Positions 49,793 to 60,036 are shown, counted from the first letter of the stretch. The stretch: DNA of 64,000 bases from an uncultured SAR86 cluster bacterium (GCA_963926355.1 CAWUWW010000006.1:38872-102871), one strand, 5' to 3'. A program made the numbers and translations. Notes: generated from the letters alone by a model not told the origin.

Positions 49793-52687
49793 CTAGAAGC
49801 TAGTTCCAAACTCAAGACCGTATGTTCTAGGATCTGTATAGGTAGAGAATTGTGCTCCACCTTGAAGCGCGCTAGATGCAGCCCAAGTTCCAACGAACTG
49901 ATCATCAGCTAAGTTTTTACCGTATACACGAACATACCAGTCAGAACCATTTGGTCTGTAAGTAGCTGACATATCCCAGTATTTAGTTTCAGGCATTCTT
50001 GCTCTATCTTGATTAAAGACGTTACCTTCTCTTTCACCCTGGTATCTATAAGAGACTCTAAGTGATGTAACTGAATTATCATTTATCATATCTTTATTTA
50101 CACCTATACCAAATGAGGACTTAGGAGACTGAGGTAATGAATTACCACTTATGTCTACAGTTCCACCTAGACCTGCACCAGTACATGGCACTCCTCCAAG
50201 AGGATTGAAAGGTTGTAAACATAGATATCCAGCAGATTTAAATATTAACATTGGGTTGCCATCAGCTCCTACGGCCCAACCATATGTAACCACTCCAGCA
50301 GGATCATAAGGCAAACTTTGAAGACCAGCACCTAAAGCAGTTGGTGTACAAAGACCTATGGCTGTTGCACAACCGGCAACACCTTGAGTGAACCCAGCAG
50401 GATTTACATCTAAAAGAGCGACTGCATTTCCTGGATTAATTGGATCAGGTAATCTTTGATCGCCAAGCTCACTTTCAACAAGCAACCAATTAATATCAAT
50501 ACTCATAGTCTCACTAAGGAAAGCAAGCATGTTACCTTCAAAGCCCATAATCTCTGCATCAATGTTGTAGTTTTTTGAACCAGCATTTTCAATGTTTGAT
50601 ATAAGCATTCCATCTGTAGTGTTCATAAATAATGAAGCATTAAACAAAACCTTTCCGTCAAATAAAATACTTTTAGTACCTATTTCAAAGACGCCTGTTT
50701 CTTCTTTGGCATAAGGATCTGAAACTGATCCAATCACCGGGTTATTACCACCAGCTTTAGTTGCTGTTGTATAACTTGCATAAATCATTTGATTGTCTGA
50801 AAGATCATGTTGTATAGCTAATTTATAAGCTAAGCCATCGTCTTTAACAGTCTCATAAGTTGGGAAGAATCCGTACTCACCAGAATCCCATTGTGATTGA
50901 GGGTAGTTAGGACAATCGAAGTCTGTAAGACAAGTCATTATAGAATCTTTAACCGTATCATCATTATATCTAAGACCAATAGTTAGCTTAGTTACATCTG
51001 AAAGATCAACATATAACTCTCCAAGTAAGGCATTTGATTTAATTCTTACGTGATCGTCATTAAGATAACCTCTAAGTTCAGTTGGCAAATGGTAAGGGTT
51101 TATACCTTGATAATTAAGCAATCCCTGCAAACAATAAGGGTTAGTCGTTGCACCGCCACCAGCTGCCGCATAAGGACCAAGAACTCCAGATTGACATGCT
51201 GCACTTCCAGCTAATCCACCTAGTACCCATGTTTGATAAAAAGGAATTCCTCCGTAAGCACCAAAAGCACCTCCGTAAAGAGCGTTATTGTATGGGTGGG
51301 CTGAGAAATCACTTGTTAAATTCCAAGCAGCAGTTTGCACTTGATATCTATTGTGAGATCTAGAATCATAAGTATATAGACCGGCAGTAAAGTTGATAGG
51401 TCCGTCATAGTCAGAAACAATAGTTATTTCCCCTTGATTGCTATTACTTGTAGCATTTGAGAACTCATAAGTTCTGTCACCTGTTACTGTTTCAGTAAAA
51501 CTATAATCTGTTCCATTAAAATTTCCGCCAAATGTTGCAGGGAAGGACACCGCAGGTAAGCCATATGCTGCAAGAATTCCTGGGAATGGTCTTTCGCTAT
51601 GAGAATAATCGTTATCCCCCATATGAAAGTAATCTCTAATTGTATGAGTAAGTTTAACTGAAAGTTGTAATTCACTTGTTAGCTCAGTTACAAATTCTAA
51701 TTGTGAATTACTCCACTCAGATTTATGGTCTGGGTTTCTTGTTAAATATGCTTCTCTAAAGCTATTTGGACCTACGACACCAGCATATTGATTAACAAAG
51801 GCTGAGCTTTCTAGTCCAGCTACTAAGTTAAATAAAGCAGCTGTACTTCCTCTTGAATCAGCGGACAAATTAAGAGAACCTACTGCTAAAGGATTACAAC
51901 CTAATAAAGTATGAGGCTCACAAACAATAGTACCTATATTATTTCTACTATCTTCTGCTTTGTAGAAACTATGGTTAAATTTAACAAACGTTGTATCACT
52001 AATATCATAATCAATTGATAATCTTCCGCCCTCAGCATCCTTGTCATTAAAGGTAGAGTTATCTCTTAAGTTTATGGTGAAACCATCTCTTGTAGAAGTG
52101 GTAACTGCAAGTCTAGTTCTTAGCTTATCTGAAATAGGAATATTAATGACTCCTGTCATATCATTTTGACCAAAGTTACCTTTTAAAATATCAAACTTAC
52201 CACCAAACTCTGAAGTTGGTCTTTTTGTAACTTGGTTAATTACGCCTACTACAGCATTTCTTCCAAATAAAGTCCCTTGAGGTCCTTTTAGAACTTCAAC
52301 ACGCTCAACATCAAGGAAGCCAAGATCATAAAAGCCTGATGAACCAACATCATGACCATTTTCTGATACAACAACTGCCCCAACAACAGCGGCACCTACT
52401 CCGTAAGAACCCGTTCCTCTGATTGCAAATGAAACACCAGAACCAATTCCTTTATCCATAATAAGGCCTGGAACCATGTCGCCTAAATCCGAAGCGTCTT
52501 TGATTAAATTATCTTCCATACTCTGAGCCGTAAAAGCCTCAATAGAAATAGCTAGATCCTGAACTGATTCAGCTTTTTTTGTAGCTGTAACAACCACCTC
52601 TTCAATCTCTTGAGAAGTAATGTTTAAAGAAAAAACGAAAAGTAAACCTATACTAGAGTTAAGTATATATTTAGTAAATTTGTTCAT
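49793..52687 (-). CDS. TonB-dependent receptor (paralogue of the downstream one)
   Basis: Signal peptide, TonB box EEVVVTA, VEVLKGPQGTLFGRNAVVGVIN, C-terminal ...TYGLEFGTSF. Strong SD AAGGGGGA. Confidence 0.92.
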   Translation of the reverse strand: MNKFTKYILNSSIGLLFVFSLNITSQEIEEVVVTATKKAESVQDLAISIEAFTAQSMEDNLIKDASDLGDMVPGLIMDKGIGSGVSFAIRGTGSYGVGAAVVGAVVVSENGHDVGSSGFYDLGFLDVERVEVLKGPQGTLFGRNAVVGVINQVTKRPTSEFGGKFDILKGNFGQNDMTGVINIPISDKLRTRLAVTTSTRDGFTINLRDNSTFNDKDAEGGRLSIDYDISDTTFVKFNHSFYKAEDSRNNIGTIVCEPHTLLGCNPLAVGSLNLSADSRGSTAALFNLVAGLESSAFVNQYAGVVGPNSFREAYLTRNPDHKSEWSNSQLEFVTELTSELQLSVKLTHTIRDYFHMGDNDYSHSERPFPGILAAYGLPAVSFPATFGGNFNGTDYSFTETVTGDRTYEFSNATSNSNQGEITIVSDYDGPINFTAGLYTYDSRSHNRYQVQTAAWNLTSDFSAHPYNNALYGGAFGAYGGIPFYQTWVLGGLAGSAACQSGVLGPYAAAGGGATTNPYCLQGLLNYQGINPYHLPTELRGYLNDDHVRIKSNALLGELYVDLSDVTKLTIGLRYNDDTVKDSIMTCLTDFDCPNYPQSQWDSGEYGFFPTYETVKDDGLAYKLAIQHDLSDNQMIYASYTTATKAGGNNPVIGSVSDPYAKEETGVFEIGTKSILFDGKVLFNASLFMNTTDGMLISNIENAGSKNYNIDAEIMGFEGNMLAFLSETMSIDINWLLVESELGDQRLPDPINPGNAVALLDVNPAGFTQGVAGCATAIGLCTPTALGAGLQSLPYDPAGVVTYGWAVGADGNPMLIFKSAGYLCLQPFNPLGGVPCTGAGLGGTVDISGNSLPQSPKSSFGIGVNKDMINDNSVTSLRVSYRYQGEREGNVFNQDRARMPETKYWDMSATYRPNGSDWYVRVYGKNLADDQFVGTWAASSALQGGAQFSTYTDPRTYGLEFGTSF

Positions 52688-52808
52688 AATTTATCCCCCT
52701 TAATGGAATTAGAACTTTTAATTATAAAAACTATATCACTAAAAAATAGTTATAAAAATATATATATTAATCGTATATAATTAATCATATTATTTATTAA
52801 TAATACGA

Positions 52809-53006
52809 TTATTCTTTATGCCAAGGATGGCATTTAGATATTCTTACAACTGAGAGATGAATGCCTTTAAAAATTCCAAACTTCTCAATTGACTCAATAG
52901 CGTATTGAGAACATGTTGGATTGAATCTGCAGGATGGAGGCGTTAGAGGCGATATAAAATATCTATAAAATCTGATTGGCAGGATGAATATTTTTATAAA
53001 AAACAT
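52809..53006 (-). CDS. yidD: membrane protein insertion efficiency factor YidD
   Basis: 65 aa. [31 protein letters not shown] matches the YidD signature (C.F.PTCS.Y). Confidence 0.9.
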   Translation of the reverse strand: MFFIKIFILPIRFYRYFISPLTPPSCRFNPTCSQYAIESIEKFGIFKGIHLSVVRISKCHPWHKE

Positions 53007-53017
53007 ATCGCCATATT

Positions 53018-54949
53018 CTATTGGGGACGAGTGTTTTCTTGAATTAAGATATTAATTGCCTCTTCTAAACCACAAACTTCTGTTTTATCACTATCCATAC
53101 GTCTTATAGAGACAGTTCTATCTTCTTGCTCTCTTTTTCCAAGAGCAATAATTACCGGAACTTTCACTGAACTATGTTCACGAACTTTATAGCTAATTTT
53201 TTCATTTCTTAAATCAACATTACATCTTATTCCGCCCTTACTTAGCTTATCGATGATTTCATTAGCATATTCATCAGCGTCAGAAATAATAGTAGCTACA
53301 ACGACTTGAACTGGAGCAAGCCAAAAAGGAAGTTTGCCTGAGTAGTTTTCTATCAAGACTCCTATAAATCTTTCAAAAGAACCAAGGATGGCTCTATGAA
53401 TCATAACAGGCCTATGCTTAGAGCCGTCCTCCCCAACATATTCTGCATCAAGTCTTTCTGGAAGATTAAAATCTGCCTGGAAGGTTCCGCATTGCCACTC
53501 TCTCCCTATTGCATCTGTTAAAACAAAATCAAGCTTTGGGCCATAGAAAGCTCCGCCGCCTTCTTCTAGCTGATAAGGAAGTCCTAAATTTTTAATTGCT
53601 GACTCTAGAGCATGCTCTGCTTTATCCCAAACTTCGTCACTACCAACTCTAACCTCTGGACGAGTAGAAAGTTTAATATCAAACTTCTCAAAACCTAGGT
53701 CTTTATATATACGAGATAATAATTCAATAAATAAACCAGTCTCTGATTCTATTTGTTCTTCGGTACAAAAGATATGACCATCATCTTGAGTAAACCCTCT
53801 TACTCTCATTAATCCATGCATAGTTCCAGATGCCTCATATCTATGACAAGACCCAAACTCTGCCAATCTTAAAGGCAGGTCTCTATAAGACTTAAGCCCT
53901 TGATTGTATATCTGAACATGGCAAGGACAATTCATTGGCTTTAGAGCATTAACTCTTTTTTCATTAGCATGCTCTTCATCAATTTCTGTAATAAACATAT
54001 TTTCTCGATATTTATCCCAATGACCCGAAGCTTCCCATAACTTTCTATCTAGAACTTGAGGGGTCTTAATCTCCTTATAGCCGGAAGATTCTAAATTCGA
54101 TCTCATGTAACTCTCTAAGAGTCTATAGATTGTCCAGCCATCCGGATGCCAGAAAACCATACCCGGAGCTTCTTCTTGAAAATGAAATAAATTCATTTCC
54201 TTTCCCAGCCTTCTATGATCTCTTTTTTCTGCCTCTTCTATTCTTTCTAAATATGCACTTAAATCTTTTTCATTCTTCCATGCAGTTCCATATATTCTAG
54301 TGAGCATTTTATTATTAGAATCTCCTTTCCAATATGCTCCTGCTATTTTTAATAATTTGAATGCGCCTATATGCTTAAAATTTGGAATATGGGGCCCTCG
54401 ACATAAATCAACAAACTTAGAATCATCTTGATAATAAAGTTGAAAGTTATCTTCTTGCTCAGAGTCGTTAATAATAGATTCCTTGTATGACTCTCCTTCT
54501 AATTTAAATATCTCAATAGCCTCTTGTTTTGTATTAAGTTTTTTTGTTATGGATGAGTTAGATGAAATAATTTTTTTCATCTCCTTTTCGATAGACCCTA
54601 AATCTTCTGGTGATATAGGTTTTGTAAATTCGAAATCATAATAAAACCCATCAGTGATAGTTGGGCCAATGGCCAACTTGGTTCCAGGGAATAAATTCCT
54701 TACAGCTCTAGCTAAAACTTGGGCAGTTAAGGTATGTCTCATTATTTCTAAGCCATCATCAGAATCTATAGTTATTATTGAAACCTTTGAGTCTTCATTT
54801 ATAGGGTCGTTTAGATCTTTTTGAACGCCATTAACAGTCACAGCAAGTGCTGCTTTAGCAAGGCCAGGCCCAATACTAGAAGCTAAATCAAAGCCTGTTG
54901 ATCCTGTCTCTAATTCTCGAATACTTCCGTCTGGTAATGTAATATTCAT
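53018..54949 (-). CDS. thrS: threonine--tRNA ligase
   Basis: 643 aa. TGS domain N-terminus MNITLPDGS, editing domain, class II motifs ([12 protein letters not shown] context [13 protein letters not shown]), and an anticodon-binding C-terminus. Confidence 0.95.
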   Translation of the reverse strand: MNITLPDGSIRELETGSTGFDLASSIGPGLAKAALAVTVNGVQKDLNDPINEDSKVSIITIDSDDGLEIMRHTLTAQVLARAVRNLFPGTKLAIGPTITDGFYYDFEFTKPISPEDLGSIEKEMKKIISSNSSITKKLNTKQEAIEIFKLEGESYKESIINDSEQEDNFQLYYQDDSKFVDLCRGPHIPNFKHIGAFKLLKIAGAYWKGDSNNKMLTRIYGTAWKNEKDLSAYLERIEEAEKRDHRRLGKEMNLFHFQEEAPGMVFWHPDGWTIYRLLESYMRSNLESSGYKEIKTPQVLDRKLWEASGHWDKYRENMFITEIDEEHANEKRVNALKPMNCPCHVQIYNQGLKSYRDLPLRLAEFGSCHRYEASGTMHGLMRVRGFTQDDGHIFCTEEQIESETGLFIELLSRIYKDLGFEKFDIKLSTRPEVRVGSDEVWDKAEHALESAIKNLGLPYQLEEGGGAFYGPKLDFVLTDAIGREWQCGTFQADFNLPERLDAEYVGEDGSKHRPVMIHRAILGSFERFIGVLIENYSGKLPFWLAPVQVVVATIISDADEYANEIIDKLSKGGIRCNVDLRNEKISYKVREHSSVKVPVIIALGKREQEDRTVSIRRMDSDKTEVCGLEEAINILIQENTRPQ

Positions 54950-54959
54950 ATCGAGAATA

Positions 54960-56789
54960 TTATATAGGTAAATACAGGACTGTATTAGTTGAAAGTATCA
55001 TTATAAATATTAACGTTGTGACCATCGGCCCCAGATAAACCCTTCCAGTCATATAGAAAAAATACCTATTAAAGTATGGCAAAACAAACATCATAGGAAC
55101 AATTGCAAATAATAAATTCACACTAAGCCAGTTTGTTGTCCAGAAAACAGTTCCGGTTTTTGCAAAAGTTACGTATTGAATAATTATTATTAACAAGAGT
55201 CCTAATGAGTTTGCAAATCCTGCTATGAGCATAGAATACCATTCTGACTGACCTTCTATTCTCATTGCCCCATTTACCCTTAATGAATTAGAGAAAAAGA
55301 ATATAAAAAAGAAAGGGGCATACATTGCTAAAACTTTTAACATTTCAGGTTGAAATATTCTTACTCCCATAAACCAAAATCTATAATCTACATGAAAAAT
55401 ATAATAGATAAAAAATAGCAGTAAATAGTAAATAGTAAAAACTATAAGTGCCAGTACAAAGGTTTTTAATATGTATTTTGGGTTAGCTTTAAGTCCCCAA
55501 GATTTTGATGACACACCATGCTTTTTGCCAAAAAACTGGTATGACAGCGTAAATAAAATTAGCCCTATAATTCCATTAAAGGTAGCCCAGAGCATTACAG
55601 AATTATTCATTCTCTGAGGATAAAACCAAGTTAATTCTCTATTTGCAGCAGCAGAAAAAATATTTTTAGCCGCATCAACCATGGGTATATATGAAAGACA
55701 TGCTATTGAGGCGCCAAGAAAAAATATTATCCAAAAAATTATTTTTGATTTTCCGCTCTGGATAGGGAGAGGTTTTGGTATATCTCTTACTAAAGGCTTA
55801 AAGAGATTTAGAGACAGTAAAACCTTAGATAAAGGTAGAAGCATTATTAATGCAGCAACCATTGATATTAATGTCATTAATTCTTTCCACTGCCATATCT
55901 GATTAAAGGAATCTAGATTAGATTTAATATCAAAAACTTTTTCAAAATACTCTATTTGATTTGCAGTGGCTATATTATTGTAGGGCTGAAAGGGATGAAT
56001 AAGTTCTTCATTATGAATGACTCTTAACGACCTATCATCTAAAGAACCATAGTATTTACCTAACTCGACCTTCTTTACAAGGTCGTTACCATTATTAATG
56101 CCCCAATTAATAACTCTAATAGACTCAGGTGCAATCTTCATATTTGAAGCGCTCCAGCCAGTTAATTCATTTCTGAATGCTCCTTCATCATAGAGCGCGT
56201 AACTGACACCAACATTAGATCTAATATCATTAAGTACATTATCTAAAAGAGTTAAAACATACCCTGATACAAAAATAGAATGGAGCTTACTGGGTTTATT
56301 ATTTTCAATTGCCTGTTTTCCAAAGTAATTAGCGCCTCTTATAGCAGCATTACCTCCCATTGAATGACCTGTAGTTGCAATCTTATTGGTATCTATATAA
56401 TTTAGAAATTTGCCTGTATGCGCTTTTTCAACCAAGGTAAACATTCCATACCCTTCAGTGGTAGCTGATCTTCTGCTTCTTGACGAGCTAGAGAGACCTT
56501 GAGCATAGGGATCAATTAAGGCAACAACCATACCCCTTCTTGATAACTCTATAGCAATATTTGATAGGGCTTCTTTTGACCTTTGAAACCCAGGGACTAC
56601 AACAATAAATGGAGCCTTATTTTTATTAGTTGCTGAGTCAGGCTTGTATAAATCAAAAACTAAATGCTGTCCATTATTAGTTGGGATCTTCATAGATCTT
56701 ACTTCTACTTTTCCAAAATCAGATTGAATTAGTGATGCAGTAAAACTACAAATAACAATAATACAAATGTACTTTAGTAAAATTTTCAT
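54960..56789 (-). CDS. alpha/beta hydrolase domain fused to a C-terminal polytopic membrane domain, function unknown
   Basis: N-terminal signal/anchor. Hydrolase core with nucleophile elbow GHSMGG ([13 protein letters not shown]). The last ~300 aa contain about 8 hydrophobic helices. ATG at 56789; the track start at 56795 is a GTG. Confidence 0.6.
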   Translation of the reverse strand: MKILLKYICIIVICSFTASLIQSDFGKVEVRSMKIPTNNGQHLVFDLYKPDSATNKNKAPFIVVVPGFQRSKEALSNIAIELSRRGMVVALIDPYAQGLSSSSRSRRSATTEGYGMFTLVEKAHTGKFLNYIDTNKIATTGHSMGGNAAIRGANYFGKQAIENNKPSKLHSIFVSGYVLTLLDNVLNDIRSNVGVSYALYDEGAFRNELTGWSASNMKIAPESIRVINWGINNGNDLVKKVELGKYYGSLDDRSLRVIHNEELIHPFQPYNNIATANQIEYFEKVFDIKSNLDSFNQIWQWKELMTLISMVAALIMLLPLSKVLLSLNLFKPLVRDIPKPLPIQSGKSKIIFWIIFFLGASIACLSYIPMVDAAKNIFSAAANRELTWFYPQRMNNSVMLWATFNGIIGLILFTLSYQFFGKKHGVSSKSWGLKANPKYILKTFVLALIVFTIYYLLLFFIYYIFHVDYRFWFMGVRIFQPEMLKVLAMYAPFFFIFFFSNSLRVNGAMRIEGQSEWYSMLIAGFANSLGLLLIIIIQYVTFAKTGTVFWTTNWLSVNLLFAIVPMMFVLPYFNRYFFYMTGRVYLGPMVTTLIFIMILSTNTVLYLPI

Positions 56790-56827
56790 TCGCACATTAT
56801 AATCTTGAAGAGAGATTAATTAATACT

Positions 56828-56902
56828 GCCTTCTTAGTTAAATGGATATAACAGATCCCTCCTAAGGATTAGTTGCAGGTTCGATTCCTGCAGAGGGCGC
56901 CA
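56828..56902 (+). tRNA. tRNA-Arg (anticodon CCU)
   Basis: 75 nt, folded by hand. Acceptor GCCUUCU/AGAGGGC, D arm GUUA-AAUGGAUA-UAAC, anticodon arm GAUCC-CUCCUAA-GGAUU, T arm GCAGG-UUCGAUU-CCUGC, G73, encoded CCA. Confidence 0.9.
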
Positions 56903-56910
56903 TAAAAAAA

Positions 56911-56931
56911 CCCTCTATAAAAGAGGGTCTT
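56911..56931. terminator. bidirectional rho-independent terminator between tRNA-Arg (+) and the convergent minus-strand operon
   Basis: CCCTCT-ATAAA-AGAGGG, flanked by an A7 run upstream and TCTTT downstream. Confidence 0.7.
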
Positions 56932-56948
56932 TAAAAGTTTCAAACATC

Positions 56949-57650
56949 CTACTCAACTCTTACCATCAAGTCGTCTGAGTGCTCTAATACATCAAGTTTC
57001 ACATCAGCTAGTTCACTTTCATGAATATCGCCAATTACCTTAACTTTTTTAGCAAAGTCTGCATAACTATCGTAACCACAAACAAAATACCAAGCCTGTT
57101 CTGGGCCCAAGATATGCTCCATTAAATTGCAACCACCAAAGGCAGTATCATATGCTCCAAATATTTTTCTAGCATTAGCTCTTTTTTCATTATCAGTTAG
57201 ATAAGGTCCAAAAGAATAAGTTGCCATAAGAATATAAGGCGTCTTCTTCCTTAGATTTTTTTCAACCATTGCCAGTAAGTTATCAGAATGATCTCCATAT
57301 AACTGCTTAGGCTCTCTAGTTAAAGGCTCATCAGCATTATCATTTATCTCTGCAAACTGCTCCCAGCTATCAAAATAACAATAAGTATAGAAAGCTCTAT
57401 CTCCACCAAATTGATGTCTTAGCAATCCACATACGTTATATCCATCTTCTTCTAGTGATTTAACATTTTCTAAAAGACTTTTGGCAATCTTGTCTGCGTT
57501 AGAACCTGCGGGCATTGTGTATGAAGATAGGTAAGCTAAGTTATGTTCCATTTTTTTTGTTTCATGAGTAGCTTCACCATTTTCATGATGCGCACTGAAA
57601 GCAAAAAAACTTAAACTTAATAGCGGCAATAATATAAATATTTTTTTCAT
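56949..57650 (-). CDS. secreted protein made of two tandem ~100-aa repeats (ferredoxin-like/ABM-like guess), function unknown
   Basis: Signal peptide ending FSA, then HHENGEATHE. Internal repeat: YNVCGLLRHQFGGDRAFYTYCYFDSWEQFAEI vs FGGCNLMEHILGPEQAWYFVCGYDSYADFAKK. Confidence 0.5.
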   Translation of the reverse strand: MKKIFILLPLLSLSFFAFSAHHENGEATHETKKMEHNLAYLSSYTMPAGSNADKIAKSLLENVKSLEEDGYNVCGLLRHQFGGDRAFYTYCYFDSWEQFAEINDNADEPLTREPKQLYGDHSDNLLAMVEKNLRKKTPYILMATYSFGPYLTDNEKRANARKIFGAYDTAFGGCNLMEHILGPEQAWYFVCGYDSYADFAKKVKVIGDIHESELADVKLDVLEHSDDLMVRVE

Positions 57651-57652
57651 TA

Positions 57653-58138
57653 CTAGTCCTCAAAATCTGTTGCTAGAGTCTTATGAACGCCGCCGTAACT
57701 AGCTGGAGAATAATGAGCACTTCTTACAACCCAGTTATCCCCTTCTTTAACCCAATTCATTGTTACTCTTGTTCTGTAATCACTCATCTGATCTTTGCTT
57801 CCAACCATTCCTTCTGAGTAAAATCTAACATGAACTACATCATCAGAAATTGCTGTAGCTTCAGTATAGAAATGTTGAGTTACAGCATCTCCACCATTTG
57901 CCCAACTTGCAACGGTTTGCTTGGCTAAAGGCTTGTGAAAGCTTCCATCAGAATTTGTGTCCAATGTTCCATGCTTACTGCTCATTGCAACGACTGTTTT
58001 ATAGTCTTTACTATTTCTTGCATCCATATATGCCGATAAAGCTTTTAAAACTTGTGCTTCGCTAGAATCTGCATGATGGTCTGCAAATGTAAAAGTACTG
58101 ATGCCAAGAATGGCTATCATTAAAGTTATTTTATTCAT
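57653..58138 (-). CDS. secreted NTF2-like (SnoaL/DUF4440-like) protein
   Basis: Signal peptide ending FA, then DHHADSSE. ALSAYMDARNSKDYKTV... and the C-terminal W.V....HYS pattern resemble NTF2-like fold proteins. Confidence 0.4.
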   Translation of the reverse strand: MNKITLMIAILGISTFTFADHHADSSEAQVLKALSAYMDARNSKDYKTVVAMSSKHGTLDTNSDGSFHKPLAKQTVASWANGGDAVTQHFYTEATAISDDVVHVRFYSEGMVGSKDQMSDYRTRVTMNWVKEGDNWVVRSAHYSPASYGGVHKTLATDFED

Positions 58139-58211
58139 TTTTTGTTTCCCTAATTAAAAATTAATACGAGTAAATATAGTACATGAATTTAATTAAAGAG
58201 AAAAATTAAGT

Positions 58212-59618
58212 TTATTTTTTTAAACTCCACTCAGACCCAGAGCTAGTATCTTTTAAAATAACTCCCATAGATTCGAGCTCATCTCTTATTTGATCTGCCT
58301 TTACAAAGTCTTTAATTTCTTTGGCTGCCATTCTTTCCGCTATAAGCATCTCAACGTTATTAGAATCTATACTTAACGAGTCGATATCCTCTTTAAACCA
58401 TAAAGATGGGTCTGATTGTAAAATACCCAAGAGAGAAGATACTAATAAGAGCTTAGATTTAAAAGAGCTTTTCTGATCAGCGGTAATATTTTTATAATCT
58501 TTGACTAATTTATTTAAATAAGTAATTGCTGATGGTGTATTGAGATCATCAAAGAGAGAATCTCTTACCTCATCGGGCAGGCCCTCATTAGGGTTAATCT
58601 TAATATCAGCTAAGTCCTGGTAAATACTGTATAGCTTGTCTAATAATTTTTTAGATTGATATGCGACCTGATTATTCCAATCTAAGCCTTGTCTGTAATG
58701 AGATGATAAAAGCGCAAGTCTGATCACCTCGCCCTCAAAATCTTCAGCTAAATCTTTTACTAAGATTATATTGCCCAATGATTTAGACATTTTCTCCCCA
58801 TCGACAGTAACAAAGCCATTGTGTATCCAGTAATTAGCATAAGAATTAGGATTGTTTATGTCTGCACTTGAGCAACAACTTTGAGCTATTTCATTTTCAT
58901 GATGAGGGAATGTTAAATCCCTTCCTCCGCCATGAATATCAAACGGAAGACCTAAGGTTTTTTCTGACATTGCCGAGCATTCGGTATGCCATCCAGGCCT
59001 GCCGTAACCCCATGGAGAATCCCAGCCAGGCTGTTCTTCATTACTAGGTTTCCATAATACAAAGTCAGCTGGATCTTTTTTAAATGGGGCTATCTCTACC
59101 CTACTTCCTGCAATTTGCTCCTCCCTATTTCTATTAGATAAAAGCCCATAATTTGCATAAGATGGAACATGAAATAATACATGTCCTTCTATCTCATAAG
59201 CATGGTCTTTAGCTATTAGGTTAGATATAAGATCTATCATTTCTGATATATATTCGGTTGCCTTGGGTTGGATATCAGGATGTAATACTGATAATTTAGA
59301 CATATCTTCATTATAAATATTGGTATATTTTTGAGTGATCTCACTGATAGGAACATTTAGCTCATTCGCTGCGTCTATAATTTTGTCGTCTATGTCTGTA
59401 ATATTTGAAACATAGGTAACTTTTGGATAAGAATATCTTAAAACCCTGACAAGAGTATCAAAGACAACCGCCATTCTTGCATTGCCAATGTGAGCATAAT
59501 TGTAGACTGTTGGTCCACATGCATATATCTTTACATGCCCTGCATCAAGAGGATTAAAGTCTTGCTTTTTACCTTCGAGGGTATTATAAATTCTTAAAGA
59601 CTGCACTGTTAGCACCAT
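58212..59618 (-). CDS. cysS: cysteine--tRNA ligase
   Basis: HIGNAR (HIGH) and KMSKS motifs. LRIYNTLEGKKQDF parallels E. coli IFNTLTRQKEEF. The track start at 59633 is a TTG; ATG at 59618 (or GTG at 59606) is more likely. Confidence 0.93.
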   Translation of the reverse strand: MVLTVQSLRIYNTLEGKKQDFNPLDAGHVKIYACGPTVYNYAHIGNARMAVVFDTLVRVLRYSYPKVTYVSNITDIDDKIIDAANELNVPISEITQKYTNIYNEDMSKLSVLHPDIQPKATEYISEMIDLISNLIAKDHAYEIEGHVLFHVPSYANYGLLSNRNREEQIAGSRVEIAPFKKDPADFVLWKPSNEEQPGWDSPWGYGRPGWHTECSAMSEKTLGLPFDIHGGGRDLTFPHHENEIAQSCCSSADINNPNSYANYWIHNGFVTVDGEKMSKSLGNIILVKDLAEDFEGEVIRLALLSSHYRQGLDWNNQVAYQSKKLLDKLYSIYQDLADIKINPNEGLPDEVRDSLFDDLNTPSAITYLNKLVKDYKNITADQKSSFKSKLLLVSSLLGILQSDPSLWFKEDIDSLSIDSNNVEMLIAERMAAKEIKDFVKADQIRDELESMGVILKDTSSGSEWSLKK

Positions 59619-60036
59619 GCTCAAATACTTCAACTGAAATTAGGTGAACTCTTCCTTTGGTTTGATCAGCAATAAAGGTATTAGCAAAATTAAAAGTAAG
59701 TTCAGCAAATTTTTCACAGCCAACATTTTCCATTACAACTACTTTTGCTATCCCTAGTGTATCTCCAAGATTCTTTAAAGTTTCAAGTTCAGGGTCGTCA
59801 GATGAAACAACTAAAGTATGATCAAAATGATCTTTAATCCAATCTTGAATAACTTTAAATTCTCCAAAATCATAAACCCATGATTTATCATCAAGCTCTT
59901 TAGTCTCTAAGGTAAATTTAAAACCTAAGCTATAACCATGAATCAACTGACAATCAGAGTTAGCTCTCCATTGCCTAAATGCACATGAGAAACCTCTTTC
60001 AGTTCCAAAGGTTTTTATAACTTGATATGTTTTCAT
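59584..60036 (-). CDS. 6-pyruvoyl-tetrahydropterin synthase (PTPS/QueD, COG0720) fold protein with a degenerate metal site
   Basis: 150 aa. CQLIHGYSL aligns to QueD CGRLHGHSF, SWVYDFGEFK to GWIIDFAELK, and FDHTLV to LDHHYL. Adjacent to maf and folE. Confidence 0.6.
   Translation of the reverse strand: MKTYQVIKTFGTERGFSCAFRQWRANSDCQLIHGYSLGFKFTLETKELDDKSWVYDFGEFKVIQDWIKDHFDHTLVVSSDDPELETLKNLGDTLGIAKVVVMENVGCEKFAELTFNFANTFIADQTKGRVHLISVEVFEHGANSAVFKNL

Noticed and set aside
52768-52811. 9-bp inverted repeat TAATCGTAT...ATACGATTA, separated by 26 nt, spanning the yidD stop and the region upstream of the 964-aa TBDR.
   Set aside because: The loop is long and AT-rich and no U-tract follows, so it is a poor terminator. 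No second copy or known operator consensus was recognised. It could be chance in AT-rich DNA.
54950-54959. A thrS autoregulatory operator (tRNA-Thr anticodon-arm mimic), as in E. coli.
   Set aside because: Only 10 nt separate thrS from the upstream gene's stop, so no leader exists to hold such a structure.
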